This document shows positions 12,567 through 24,978 of a stretch of 64,000 bases of DNA, one piece after another. Below the pieces are notes generated by a model. That model ran no database searches. It saw only the letters and a list, made by a program, of their open reading frames with translations, and had not been told where the DNA came from. The stretch's first letter is position 1, and every line of letters begins with the position of its first letter. The translations under genes were made by a program, and so were the position numbers. Source of the stretch: Setoptus koraiensis (taxonomy: Eukaryota > Animalia > Arthropoda); the NCBI GenBank assembly GCA_048013815.1, contig CM106585.1, positions 4,526,001 through 4,590,000 on the forward strand, given 5' to 3'.

Positions 12567-13781
12567 ATGTCATCGCCCGTATTATTTAGCACCGGTGCAA
12601 CTGCTAGCTCTAGTTCGTCTAGAAATCTGGTGGAATTTCGCGCAGGAAAAATGGAACTCAAAAACAAAATGGTCCATCCGATCAAGCGCCAGGGTTTAGT
12701 TTATCTGCACCAATCGCCTGACGACAGTCTAATGCATTTCTGCTGGAAAGATAGACAATCTGGCTCCATTGAGGACGACCTAATACTGTTCCCAGATGAC
12801 TGTGAATTTAAGAGAGTGCCACAATGTACAACCGGTCGTGTCTATGTTCTCAAAATGAAATCATCAAATAGAAAATTATTCTTTTGGATGCAAGAATCTA
12901 GAACTGATAAAGATGAAGAGTATTGTGTTAAAATCAATGATCTACTCAACAATCCGCCACCGCCACGTCCGAGACACCTGCCTGGCGACATGGGTAGTGC
13001 CGACGGTGACTTGCAAGCACTATTACACAATTTGACTAATGAACAAATGTCACAAATGTTGGGCTCATCTCTAATGCCAGGCGGGGGTCGTGGAAGTATA
13101 CCGCCGGGTGTAGGAAATTTAGCTAGTTTGCTAAGTTCAGCACGTTCCCCATCGACAAATTCAACCAGCGGAACCACGGGTAGTGGAACAACAACAGGGC
13201 CTACAAGCGCCGGCAGTGGTAACTCGATGACTGATATACAGTCTATATTGTCAAGCCTAACAAATAGGGATCTTGCCGAGGCGGCTGCATTAGCAAGTGG
13301 TCAATCCGTTGATGGAAGTGTTACTGATGAAGCTCGCGCTGCTTCGACCACCGAAGGACAACAGCAACAACCACCTATCGACCTTTCATCAGTTGTTAAT
13401 TTGAGCTCATTGGAACGGCTACTCAGCGACAAAGAATTTCTTAACCACATAGAACAGCACCTACCCAATATACGTCAGTTAGACGGCGCAAATTCTGCTC
13501 AACAAACAGTGCCCAACGAGCCCGTGGAAAAACAATTCAGCGACACTGTTAGATCACCTCAATTCAAATCCGCGTTAAGTCAATTTAGCGCCGCCTTACA
13601 ATCCGGACAATTGGGCCCCCTAGTTGCACAATTTGGTCTCAACGAGGCTTGTGTCGTTGCAGCTAATCACGGAAATCTTGAGGCATTTGTCCAGGCTCTG
13701 GAGAGGGAGCAATCATCTTCAGACAGGAAGACCTCCGAAGAAAAGAAATCACCCGATGAGCCATCCGAAAGTTCGAAATAA
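12567..13781 (+). CDS. ADRM1: Proteasomal ubiquitin receptor Rpn13/ADRM1, intronless
   Basis: Pru domain LVEFRAGKM...HFCWKDRQSG..EDDLILFPDDCEFKRVPQCTTGRVYVLK...FFWMQE; C-terminal UCH37-binding SPQFKSALSQFSAALQSGQLGPL. First ATG at 12567. Confidence 0.97.
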   Translation: MSSPVLFSTGATASSSSSRNLVEFRAGKMELKNKMVHPIKRQGLVYLHQSPDDSLMHFCWKDRQSGSIEDDLILFPDDCEFKRVPQCTTGRVYVLKMKSSNRKLFFWMQESRTDKDEEYCVKINDLLNNPPPPRPRHLPGDMGSADGDLQALLHNLTNEQMSQMLGSSLMPGGGRGSIPPGVGNLASLLSSARSPSTNSTSGTTGSGTTTGPTSAGSGNSMTDIQSILSSLTNRDLAEAAALASGQSVDGSVTDEARAASTTEGQQQQPPIDLSSVVNLSSLERLLSDKEFLNHIEQHLPNIRQLDGANSAQQTVPNEPVEKQFSDTVRSPQFKSALSQFSAALQSGQLGPLVAQFGLNEACVVAANHGNLEAFVQALEREQSSSDRKTSEEKKSPDEPSESSK

Positions 13782-14259
13782 CCATACCAAAATTCATGAT
13801 CATCAGCTCATTTATTTTAAATGGTGTGTGATTGGTTCATGATGAGCTCGCAACATGAACGGTCACGAACGTTTGATCCTGTCATACGAAAAGTTGATAT
13901 CTGATTTGGGATATAAGATCGCCTACCTTCGTACTCTCTATTTGTCTAACTGTAACCGCTTAGTGGACACTTATAAACATTGTAGCGCATTTGTATTTCT
14001 CATTGGTGTCTCATATCATCGTTGCAAGGACATGCATCGGAAGTAACTGACTTATCATGAATGAACAATTGCATATGTTTTTCTTGTATTTGGAACATTA
14101 AAGTGCCGCTTGTAACAAGATACTTAGTAGTGTTTTGCAATCCTTTTCACCGGTCTAGCGCGTGCTAATGATAGCTAATCTAGATGGATTTTCTTATGAT
14201 GCTTTGATCTCTTGTTTTGGCTTCCATAGACACGTCATCAGCGTGATGGTGGAAACTTG

Positions 14260-14580
14260 TGCTCGTAATAACCTACTCGCTACTGGTGCTGCTGATATCT
14301 TATCTAATCGTATCACAGCAAGACCTATCTGTAGTTATCTTTATACATATAATACATGCCGAAGGTTGTACGGCATGTATTGAATGTGTGAGACAGCCTT
14401 ATCTGGTCAATCTTTCATTGAAATGACGATCACTATACACGCGGTCATCCTGATGTTGTCATCATTACTTGTCGTGGAGGAAAGTTTTTGTTTTGTTGAG
14501 ATTCAAAACAAAAGATCTTACTTGTTGTTGACATAACAATAGCCTTATTGTCGATAGCCAGGTTTACGAAACTGTGTGTG
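14260..14580 (+). mobile_element. Possible decayed RLE-type (R2/R4/NeSL-like) non-LTR retrotransposon C-terminal remnant
   Basis: Ordered fragments RNNLLAT, CRR...ET, HPDVVII and LLVVDITIA....ARFTK resemble the pre-knuckle, CCHC knuckle and PD-(D/E)xK endonuclease motifs. Stops and atypical spacing are present. Judged by eye only. Confidence 0.3.
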
Positions 14581-16626
14581 ACAACGGAAGATGTTGATTC
14601 AGCTTAGAAGGCCCTCTATTATATTTGCCCTAGTGGCAATCCATTAACAGAATGGCCACTGGACGGTACGGTAACACCTGAGCATCTGAATGATCAGCAA
14701 AAGGACAAGTTTTACGTCTGCCGGTTCATCTACGCAAATATGATGAGAAAAAACTTGTTATCAGGCGTCTGTGTTTTTCTTTCGAGACAGAAACTTTCTT
14801 ACCATGTCGACATCATCGACACCTGAGAAAATTTTTCGTTTGTTTATTTGATTAATGACGCCGACATTGATCGATAATCGATCATTCGGCAGCAGGCTTT
14901 TGATACAAAGTTGAGTCGAGGGAAAAATCCATCCGATTTACACTCATTGTGCCGTACAAAGTTACAATCTGTGCCTACAGTGCCGATTGAGCACAAATAC
15001 CAATGAGTCGAGATGGCTCAAAATCGGCAGTATTTTACCCTGAGCATGTTTCAGCTTAGCGCAGAAAGTTTTGAGACGGAAAGATAACGATCGAAAGTTT
15101 TAGCCTTTCTGTGGAAAATTACACGAAAATCAGCCCTTCGCTACAAAACCCATTCGAAGCTAAATCCAACTCGAGCTGTGCAACTGAAATGGTTAATCTC
15201 CAACTTTCCCCAGCACGATACCACAGTGAAAGGTAAGCAGGCATTATTTTCAATGATTGAAATAGTTGAACGGATCGCGTGATGCGCTCGTCAATCAGTC
15301 ATTCGTTGGGAAAATTCAACATGTGTCCAGGAACAACCTCACAACGCATCCATGGTGGCGAGATTGCACCCATCGAGAAACTCTGCAACGATGAAATGAC
15401 CAATGGAAGCTGTCAGAGTCAATACAATTATCATTCATCTTTCATTGAACGCGATCTGTTGGAAATAATAATCAGTCAACAGCAACACTGTTGCTGTTGA
15501 CCTCAAACCTGTCCATTCGCCATGATTGGACGATATGCTGCACCCCGTTGATGTTAAACTGGTGCATTTGGCAACATGCACTTAACTGACAGTAAGGTTT
15601 GATCGTTATCTCATGTAGAAACTAATTACTTGGATCGCTTGTCGGCGCCCTCATGTTAACCAATTGTGATCGACTTGCACCATACTTACATCCCGATGAA
15701 TGTGATAGTCATTTGCCGTTGCACTATAGATAGCCTGAACCTGTTGATTGGTAGTGAGATTCATGATGTAAAAAGTAGAAAACGATTTGTCAAGTCTAAT
15801 GAAAGCGTAAATCAACTTTTTTCGGCGCGCACAAACATGCAACGATCGGGTAACCCGATTCAGGTTCATTCGCCAGCTTTGTGTCGACCACAGGTGTGGT
15901 GAATGTTATCGGATGACACGTGAACACTCTTTGGTGACAATTTTGATTTGTCTATCATGAAGTGCTTGTTTTTCATTACAACGGGGAATCGAGGGGAAAT
16001 CTATCAACAATTTGACATCGTCTTGCAGTCGTGTTATCCTCATGTCAACTCGTGGTACAGATCAATATCGATAGTGTCAGTGTCAGCAATAGATATTAGA
16101 GTGTTAATGGCTATTTGTTTTCCGTAGAAGGGGGCGAGTAAAAATTTTTCCTTTCATTGATAGCTGCTCATCATCTTTGGTTGCGCTTCAACAACATGCT
16201 CTAAACAACAATAGAAATGATCGTTATCTCTTTGCTGATTTGATACATGTTGTGATTGTCGATGAGACAATTAATCGAGATGCACCGAAGTCTAATCAAA
16301 TCAGAGGTACTCTGATTACGCTAGCCTTGTTCACAGTTTTCTTAAAACCTGTGTAGCCTGTGTAGCCTTTGTAGCGAGGAGAAATAGTTCCAAGAAACTT
16401 CATATAAATAGGAGGCAACCACTCAGTGCCATCATCATTCATCCATCCGACATAATCCGTTCATGTTCTCATACATATCAAACATCCACAACCATCACAA
16501 TTACTCTTGACGACTACAAAGCTAATCACTCGACGAATACAAAGTTAATCAGTTACCACCATAAACCCACAACTTATCATATCAACTTCTTTCAGCCCTA
16601 CTCTCATTAATCAGTGTTTCACGAAT

Positions 16627-17653
16627 ATGGCTGCCATCAATTTAGACAACTATGACCGATTTGTGGACTTTATGGATCGTTATGATACCATCATCACAGA
16701 CTGTGACGGCGTTTTGTATATAAACAACGACGCTATCAACGGAGTCAATAGAGCATTAAACTCAATGAGAAAATTTGGCAAAAAAGTCGTGTTCGCTACT
16801 AACAACAGCACAAAGAACAGAGTTCAATGTTTACAGAAGCTTCAAAAGCTCGGCTACGATGCCCAAATAGACGAAGTCTTCCCCACTAGCTATGCGTAAG
16901 TATTATTCACTTTTCAAGGCCATGAGCCGTTTTAACCATTTCTCTCGTGAGCCTCAATGTATCAACTAACTCAATTTGACTATTATTCAACATTTCAGGT
17001 CAGCCGTGTATCTCAAATCACTCAACTTTAATCGGTCCGTGTACGTGTTGGGAAGTCAAGGAATAGCAGACGAGCTCACAGCGCATGGTATCAAAAACTT
17101 TGGTGTTGGCCCAGACCCAACCCCTCAAGATTGGACGCCAGGACAGGCTAAATTCTCTATAGATCAGAATGTCGGAGCAGTGGTTGTTGGTTTCGACAAC
17201 CAAGTGAGCTTTGTGAAATTAGCCAAGGCCTGTAGTTATGTAAAAAGATCAGACTGTTTGTTTGTTGCATCCAATGCAGATGAAGCCTTTCCGTCGCCAA
17301 AACCTGAAATATTTGTCCCGGGACCTGGGGTCTATGTCGCAGCAATCAAGTGCGCCACCGGAAAAGAACCAATAGTATTGGGCAAGCCTGACACATACTT
17401 TTTCGACATTATCAGAAGTCAGCATCCTGACATTGATCCATCTAGAACAGTGATGATAGGCGACAGGTTGACAACCGATATGCCATTTGGTCACAACAAC
17501 GACTTATCCACCCTCTTCGTTCAGTCAGGTTGTTGCACCAAACAGGAAATGTTACAGTATCAAGCCTCCGGTCATTACGATGATTTACATTGCGTGCCCA
17601 ACTATTACCTACCCTCATTGGCCTCTCTCAACAAACACTTGGCCGAGTATTAA
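16627..17653 (+). CDS. HAD class IIA phosphatase (phosphoglycolate/pyridoxal/4-nitrophenyl phosphatase family); join(16627..16895,16999..17653), 307 aa
   Basis: Motifs TDCDGVL, ATNNS, LGKP and IGDRLTTD. A 103-nt GTAAGT..TTTCAG intron restores the frame (YA|SAVYLK). Confidence 0.93.
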
Positions 17654-17790
17654 GTCTGTCGCCTCGTTATCATCGCAATCATCTTTTTATATCATAACAT
17701 CTCTTCATTGTTAGTATCACACACATATACAAGTTCTTGCTAGGGACAAGCGATCAAACATTGTTTACACAAACAAATAAACTACCAAAT

Positions 17791-19560
17791 TTTCATGCTT
17801 TGACGCACTACCACTCAAACATAATAGCTGCCACTTCATCTCAATCCTACTTTAATCAATTGCCAGACAAATTAATTAGTTAGTCTTATCGATCATTGGA
17901 TCGTATTTAATATGCGGCAGTTTTTGGAACTAAACATTTCAAACTTGGCGCTACTTTATTGACCCTCTCCCAATAAACAAACGCGCTACGCGTCTGTCTT
18001 ATGCGGATGATTACTGTCCACGCGTAAACATACCAGAAGTGAGTGTCGAACTCGTGGGAAATACATGTATCATTTGTTTGATATAGTGTTTGAGATTTCC
18101 AAACGCAGTTTTACATTTATCGACTTCCAAATATGTATAGATTTATCTTCCTTTACAGATGATCTCATACAGTACCGACAACCCCATTCGCTAGTCTATC
18201 CGACCTAACAAAACATCAACTTTTAAATTATTCGGACGAGACGAGCGTCCATCCAGAGCCTCCAGTCAATTACGCAGTAGTTAGAGTGAATAAATCCTAG
18301 GTCAGCAACAGAATGGCCAAGAAGAAATGCAATCCCTATGGGGAGTTTGTCAAGGCTGAATATATTTCACTCAAAAAGTCCAATCCTAAATTCAACAAGC
18401 CGATGGGTGCTATGTTCAGTGATCCGTCCGTAAAAGAAAAATGGGAGAAGAGTGACGAAGAGACGAAGCAAAAATTCAAAGACATCGCCATTAGCAAAAA
18501 TGAAGGAACCTACGTTCATCACCCTTCCCATCGCGATACCCGTCCGACGCCGAGACAGATTGCCAACTCCTCCAATAATACCACCGATCTAGCTCTAAGT
18601 ATAACTAACGATGCTATGGTACCCACTAGAGATAATCAAATCAGCGTGAGGCCAGATATGAGCGTCAAATCAGTAGAGAAACTCGGACTGCCAGGCATAC
18701 CCAACTCCAAGAAAATGATGGCTCAGGCAAGAGAGTCTGGCAAGGGATTTCTACTGCCAGATGAAATGCAATACGAATTCATGGCAAGCTTCCGATTATT
18801 TAATCGTTGCAAAGATATTATCCATTCCAAAACTCACGAGGAACTGCTAGAGGCGCCACTTTATTCATTTAGTTGCAATGTTATGTGTGCAGAAAATGGA
18901 CCTGAAGATCTCTACATACCATTGGAAATTGCAATTTATGCTTATACAATCAAGAACGGTGTACCTAAAGACAAGCCTGCCTACCTGACATTCGTCAATC
19001 CTGGAGCGCCACCAGTAGGCAAAATGAATGAAGCTAAACAACATTACGAAGAGACAAGGCATAAAGTACCATTTGAGCCCTTGTCGCCTTTCCTGGAATA
19101 TGCTAGAACAGACTATCGCGAAATCTATAAAGAGATCCTAGAATATGTTGGAGAAGAAAGAATTTTATTGTGCCAGCATGCTGATTATCTTCAACAAATT
19201 CATGGAGTCCTCAAATGGCTGGCCAAAAAGGCTAATGAAAAAACCGAAAAGAAGACCACTGGCCTAATTAGACCACGAGCGGCAGCTAGTGAACAATTGC
19301 CTGCCGCCGATAGCTGGACCGTTTTCGATATTAAAGATTATGTTTATATTCTTGGAAAGCGTCTTTATTCCACTCTACCTAGCGACGTTTACATAGAAAT
19401 GCTCTTGGGCGATGAGAAATTTGCTTATATAGAGGACTATAACTGCTTATGGCATAACGAAGCCGATAACGAGTCAAAATGGTGTGCGAAATCATGCGCT
19501 AAAAGAACAATAAATAACTTGGCCGAATTATTAGAATGGTTTTATAATAATTACACAGCT
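17791..19560 (+). repeat. Segmental duplication unit 1 (Maelstrom gene plus ~520 bp upstream); paralogous to 44291-45870
   Basis: Upstream blocks (tttcatgctttga..., gatcattgga, gtgagtgtcgaactcgtgg, catccagagcctccagtcaatt) and the CDS align colinearly with copy 2. Both copies carry a 120-nt 5'UTR intron (18039-18158 and 44532-44651). Confidence 0.92.
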
Positions 19561-19632
19561 CAACAGTCAAATGCACAGTCTGATACAGTACCGCTACAAT
19601 CCTTACCAGTCGGACCAAGCGGAATTGCCTGA
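18313..19632 (+). CDS. mael: Maelstrom-like protein, copy 1 (HMG-box-like N-terminus + MAEL domain), 439 aa
   Basis: N-terminal HMG-like segment; MAEL core YSFSCNVMC...YIPLEIAIYAYTIKNG...FVNPG.PP.G...AKQH...HKVP; C-terminal C-x-W-H...W-C-A completing the ECHC motif. Confidence 0.88.
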   Translation: MAKKKCNPYGEFVKAEYISLKKSNPKFNKPMGAMFSDPSVKEKWEKSDEETKQKFKDIAISKNEGTYVHHPSHRDTRPTPRQIANSSNNTTDLALSITNDAMVPTRDNQISVRPDMSVKSVEKLGLPGIPNSKKMMAQARESGKGFLLPDEMQYEFMASFRLFNRCKDIIHSKTHEELLEAPLYSFSCNVMCAENGPEDLYIPLEIAIYAYTIKNGVPKDKPAYLTFVNPGAPPVGKMNEAKQHYEETRHKVPFEPLSPFLEYARTDYREIYKEILEYVGEERILLCQHADYLQQIHGVLKWLAKKANEKTEKKTTGLIRPRAAASEQLPAADSWTVFDIKDYVYILGKRLYSTLPSDVYIEMLLGDEKFAYIEDYNCLWHNEADNESKWCAKSCAKRTINNLAELLEWFYNNYTAQQSNAQSDTVPLQSLPVGPSGIA

Positions 19633-20868
19633 ATCTCTGACATCAACAATATTTCCATTCTACTTACCTTCTTTGATTGAATAGCGCACAAGTGACGTCA
19701 TCCAGCGTACACGTGATAGCCATTGGTGATGTTGATAGCAATTGTTTATGGCATCAATAAATCGCATTTCCCTGCTACATGACAAATTTATCTTCACTCA
19801 AATCATGGCCAGTTTATATTTTGATATCTTGTTTCCATTATCGTAGTACTTTATATCATTGTTTCCATCTTTAGGATAACTGCGCATCGCTCAAGAGAGC
19901 AGCGGAAATTCGGTATCCTATCGCCTCGATTCATTAGAATACTTCGATTGGGTTAAAAAATGGACGCCTGGAGTTCTGTCGTGACATTGGTTCATTACCA
20001 TGTTGGCTTTACCTCATGGTTGTGGAAAAAATGAGAGAATGATGCAAAGAATCTCCAAAGCGAAAGAATTAAGTCCTCAGAGACAGATACGTAGATTGCA
20101 ACGACAATGTCCAACAATCTCATAACTATGTTGGTCTTGGGCCAAAATAACAAAGCAGCCTACCATTCCATAATCAGAGAAATAAGTAATGGTTTTCGGA
20201 CAATCATGACACCAAGCAATGCCTTTGTGGTCTAATCAAACAGCGTCATCCGTTTACATCACACACGCAACATTCAAACAGGAATTTGTTATTTCTACCA
20301 CGATTCTTGTGCATGTGGCTGATCAACTGATGCCTATGATAATCAAGTTACATGATTACACAATCTTTAGAGAGAGGGATCAATAAGAAGTTGATGGCTG
20401 TCACATAAGTGTCTGAACGGAACAGGCTACTACTTCAAGTTGACTTATTATCCAGACAGATTGATCTAGCGTGTAAACTCATGGTGAGAAATAGACATCT
20501 CATAATCAGAGACTCTTCTTATCTGATCGACTCAGCAAGAGTTTGAGAGGTTGTTTCGCTTTCACTTGCTTCCCTTCCACTCTACTTATCTCTGGACAAT
20601 CTTGATTCAGTCTAACGACAGCTTCAGCGAGAGTTTTTTAAAGTGTCAACTAGTTATTTTATTTCTAGATACCTACACTATATTTCTAAACTGGACTGTT
20701 ACAAAGGTTTACATGTCTTGCTATAGATCAGCAGGTTAAATTTATTTGTATGCCTAAGCGCAATCAAAAAAGCTAACACCTGTTGTATCACTTGAGAAGA
20801 ACCATAATTACGGAATGTTTTTATTGGGTAAAACAAAGTTTAGCCAACATATACGCAACCATATCCTA

Positions 20869-22857
20869 TCATATATTCTGTATGAATTTCTGTGATTTCA
20901 AGTCCGTTGTTTCAGGCTTGAGGTTTTCATTGTTGTTGTCGCTGTTGTTATTGTTATTGTTGTTACTGTTGCTGATATTATTGATAGGGCTGGTTACGAC
21001 ATGGGAGTTGGTTGAGTTCAGGTTTATTGTAGCTGTCGATAAAGTCACTGGGGCATTGATGCTTGAAGCTATAACTGTACCCAAATTCGATGCAGAAGCC
21101 CTCTTAGAAGTTACAAATGCCGGCTTAGCAGGTATTTGTGGCTTGTTGGCAGGTATAGGCGGTGGCACTGAGCGCTGATGAGAATTATTTCCGGAGGACG
21201 CTGCCATCGATTTGGAACGAGACGATTGCGATATAGGTGACTTGACGTATGGAGAACCGGACTGCACCCGTACGTTATTGCTGTCTGAACTAGGCACTGA
21301 CGAGACTCTAGATGCCAAAGACGATGATGATCTTGAGCCAGTAAGCGGAGGTGCTACAGCCGGTCGAATAATTGTGGACGTGTTGGCTGACGTACCGTTA
21401 TTTGTGGCTGCGTTTGAAGGAGATCGCTGAATCGTTGATGTTGAACGAGTCGGGGAAGATACTTTGCCGGATGATATAACCTGATGCACAGAAGTTCCTC
21501 TAGAGAAATTCATTGCACTTTGACCGCTTCCGGACGATTGTCCAGATTTTGTTGCTCTATTGACAGGTGAAGCACGAACGGTTTCATTATTTGAAACAGT
21601 TGATTTTGCACTCGAGATCAACAACTGTTGTTGCTCCAATTGAATTGCCAATTCTACATTACGAGCCTCCGCCAGGGCCAACTTTTCTTTGAGTTCGTTT
21701 CGTTCGCGCTCGAATTGTTCAGCTTGTCGTTTGAGTTCTAGTCCTAAAGTCTCAAGCTCGGCTTCCATTATTAATGAACGCTCGGTCTCGCCTTTTAAAC
21801 CTTCCACAACCTGATTTTGAAGGATTAGAGCTTTGGCGACCTCACCGCGCTTTTCACGTTCATCCAACAGTTCATTGATTAAAGTCAGTACTATCTTTTG
21901 TTTCGTTGATTTTTCTTCTTCCAATGCATTCTTGAACCTCTCCACTTGATGGAGCAAAGATGATCTTTCAGATAGAAAGAAACGGTTTGTCTCCTCATCT
22001 ATCTTTCTCTTGCGCTCTTTCTCTAGTTCTCTGGTCAAGTTGAAGCACAATTTTTCAGATTTTCCTAGCCGATCGTTCATGTACAAGCGATACCGCTTGT
22101 GTTGGTCGATTAAATCTTCTAGGTGGTGTATTTTAAAATTTAAATAATTTTTTGTAGACTGCACATCACATCTGTCATAATCGTATATATATACTGTGTC
22201 CTTTGATAATGCAAGGAGTGGGTTTTGTTCTATCATCTCTAAAGTTGCATTGTATGTGAGAAATTCATCTTCTTTGGTATATTCATTTGTATACTTTGAT
22301 TGGTTAATTGAGCAGTCATCTACGGCGTTCACTTGTTCATTGTTTTTGGCTGAAGATACACTATTTGGATCACAAGATCCGACAGAGGAACCGTCGTTGT
22401 TTCTAGGATCATTTGAGGTCTTTTGGAATTCGCTTAATTTATTGTACCTTTTTAAAATACTTGCTCTGCTTATCTGGATAGGGCGTGTGAGACGTTTTAG
22501 CTGCTCACATCTCAGTACAGCCAATGCTATATCTTTGGCTTGAATTTCTCCTTCGAGCATAGCCATTAATTGAAGGAGATCATTTTTGCTCAATTGTATT
22601 CTACCCTTCCCCTCAAAAATAATAGGGCCCTCTGATAATCCATGCGTTTCTTCCGGTACTTCAGTTTCTTCTGTCCCTTCAGCATATTCAACATCGTCAG
22701 TATCTGGTGTCTGTTGCATATCACTGTAACCTTGTCTGTTGTAATCGGACAACTGATTGCCCTCTTCAGATTTTAGTCGTTGTCCGATTTGTTTAGTAGA
22801 CAAAGAGAGTCTGGGCCGCATTGTTACAGTTGATGTAGCACGATTTTTGGTGTCCAT
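20869..22857 (-). CDS. CTTNBP2NL: Cortactin-binding protein 2 N-terminal-like (CTTNBP2NL/Nausicaa family), intronless
   Basis: CortBP2 domain LSKNDLLQLMAMLEGEIQAKDIALAVLR, NPLLALSKD, long coiled coil, S/T-rich tail with PPPIPANKP. Confidence 0.85.
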   Translation of the reverse strand: MDTKNRATSTVTMRPRLSLSTKQIGQRLKSEEGNQLSDYNRQGYSDMQQTPDTDDVEYAEGTEETEVPEETHGLSEGPIIFEGKGRIQLSKNDLLQLMAMLEGEIQAKDIALAVLRCEQLKRLTRPIQISRASILKRYNKLSEFQKTSNDPRNNDGSSVGSCDPNSVSSAKNNEQVNAVDDCSINQSKYTNEYTKEDEFLTYNATLEMIEQNPLLALSKDTVYIYDYDRCDVQSTKNYLNFKIHHLEDLIDQHKRYRLYMNDRLGKSEKLCFNLTRELEKERKRKIDEETNRFFLSERSSLLHQVERFKNALEEEKSTKQKIVLTLINELLDEREKRGEVAKALILQNQVVEGLKGETERSLIMEAELETLGLELKRQAEQFERERNELKEKLALAEARNVELAIQLEQQQLLISSAKSTVSNNETVRASPVNRATKSGQSSGSGQSAMNFSRGTSVHQVISSGKVSSPTRSTSTIQRSPSNAATNNGTSANTSTIIRPAVAPPLTGSRSSSSLASRVSSVPSSDSNNVRVQSGSPYVKSPISQSSRSKSMAASSGNNSHQRSVPPPIPANKPQIPAKPAFVTSKRASASNLGTVIASSINAPVTLSTATINLNSTNSHVVTSPINNISNSNNNNNNNSDNNNENLKPETTDLKSQKFIQNI

Positions 22858-24299
22858 AGTTTTTGTTTTTTAATCGATAGCAATAATTCAATAAGAGAGT
22901 TGTCTGCCCACCCCAGGAACCAGTGACTTTGTTTGTTTTGAAAGAAGTAAACCAAAATGAGATAAAATAAACCAATATGTTCAATGTCCAAGTCGCTGGA
23001 TTAATTGTGCGATGTGTACTTTGTGTTATTATGTTTTCATGTTATGCTGTAGAATAATTTAAATACAATATACAAAGTTACTGAGGTATTTGTGATTTTC
23101 AGTCATGGAATTGGCTGATTAAAAGCTACAGTCTTGATAATTCTGATTGATTGTCCAAATTACTAATTGGATAAAACGATTGCCTAAAATAAATTATTAT
23201 TATTAATACTCATAGAGTAGTTTCATTTCTCTCGATTGGGGCTGTTGATATAAATTTTGATGTAACCCTCTGTTATTACTGTTTTGTTGCAATTCTTGCA
23301 TTGTTCCAATTGTATCATTGAGAATAGAGAGTATAAATAAGTATATGGCCGGGTTGTCACAAGTCCGAAGGGTGCTGCTCGCGTGACGATTACAATACCA
23401 ACAATAATATAATAATAAATATTGACGATTCCCCGTGGTTAAACAAAAATTACAAGTAATGTATACGCGGCCATTAGCTCAAAATGTTTATCGAGGATGT
23501 TTCAGAGGCTTTTATAAACGGAAAAATTGATGAGGGGAACATGGCGTCGCCAGATAAATGATGATAAAGCTATCAAATGTGAAATACATCGAGAGGTAAG
23601 AAGAAAAAGAAGAAAATAAATTTGTTTTCTTATGGGGCTTGTTTAAGTTGTCCACGTATAATGTGTGCAGGTGATTCATTGGAGAATAGTTACCCTAGAT
23701 GGATTTGCATTAAAACACGACGACAGCACTGGCTCCCTGTGCCATTTATAACTTGCAGCTTGTAGGTCACGTTCCGGCCTCGCATCAACTCTATTGGACT
23801 GCACTAGTACAAGTGCATCATTGTTCACTCTTGTACACGCAAATGCCAGTGCACTCTGGGCTTATTTTGATGCATTTTTGCGCCATCTGTATTCTTTAGG
23901 CTAGCGCAACACCAAACACACTGGACAGCCGTGCGATTTGAAGTGCGAAAATATTTTTATCGACTTGAATCGCGCGCCTTCACATGACACAATACTTGTA
24001 AACACACTTGCATAACATTATTTTCGGAGAGCAGACTTTCGTTATTTCTCGGCCAAACGACACGGAGATCTACGTTCGTAACTCCTCTAGGATCTAATGA
24101 GACTCGGTAAATTCTCAGCAACTTACATGTGTTTGTCTTTCATGATAAACAACCATTTCCATAGGTCACTTCAAGTCCAGACAATGAGACACACGCTTAG
24201 GATGAGCAAAGGCTGGTAGGCATGGCTGATTCTTGTTAGTGTCACACACGTGCTCTTGTATCAACATTTCGCCAGGATTGCCAAGACTATCCAATCTGC

Positions 24300-24780
24300 T
24301 TGTTAGTTGGCTGAAATAGGTTTCACCATTGATTTTCCCTAATAGCTGTAGTAGTTGATAGCTGGTGAAAAATTCGATCGATCTAAATACGTTTTGCGAT
24401 TGTCAGTTCAGAGAGCTACCATTGGATCACAGACAAGCACTAGACAGTGTGATAGTTCCACATCATTCATACAGGAGTTGATGGTGATGTCATAACATGG
24501 ACTGTCGGTAGATGGAAGCCGCCATTTGCAGCAATAGTACACCATCAATGAGAACACTTCTAACTATACCCACTTGAAATCAAGATTTAATAATCAGTCC
24601 TGATAAGCAGATTCTCTCACAGCTGTCAGTAATAATATCTACAAATACAGCTGTCATTGCAACCACAAGGACACTCAATGGAGATTAACAATAATTTCAC
24701 ACAGTGTTTCTATTTGCGCAACAAAATATACCAGGCGTATCAAATTTGCTGCGCTTTTTAACGTGTCAAGTCCGATAACA
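24300..24780 (-). mobile_element. Possible decayed Ty3/Gypsy pol remnant (protease end to RT start)
   Basis: Ordered, frameshifted fragments on the minus strand: VIGLDTLK (~ILGxDxL), GTITLSS, LVLV, NGS, TDNRK (~VDYRK) and LLGKINGETYFSQL (~LLDKLxGAxYFSKL). Many stops. Confidence 0.35.
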
Positions 24781-24978
24781 CACCCTAGGTGACGATACAT
24801 GTGTATTTCCCAGACAGTAGTTGAGCAGTAACTATTCACACCCACCAATACTGTCGATTTGTAGCTTCATTCATTTTGGCAAACTTGCAAACTTTTATAT
24901 GCTGCTTGCAGTAACTGGATGATTTATTTTAAGGTCTGCACAAAATAGGAAGGTTTGTCGTAGAAAAATCATTCCAAG

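Noticed and set aside
16066-16073. DRE-like TATCGATA upstream of the phosphatase
   Set aside because: A single 8-mer with no TSS information.
23148-23160. 12-nt match to the 5' end of miR-219 (TGATTGTCCAAA)
   Set aside because: The match breaks after 12 nt and there is no pre-miRNA-length hairpin.
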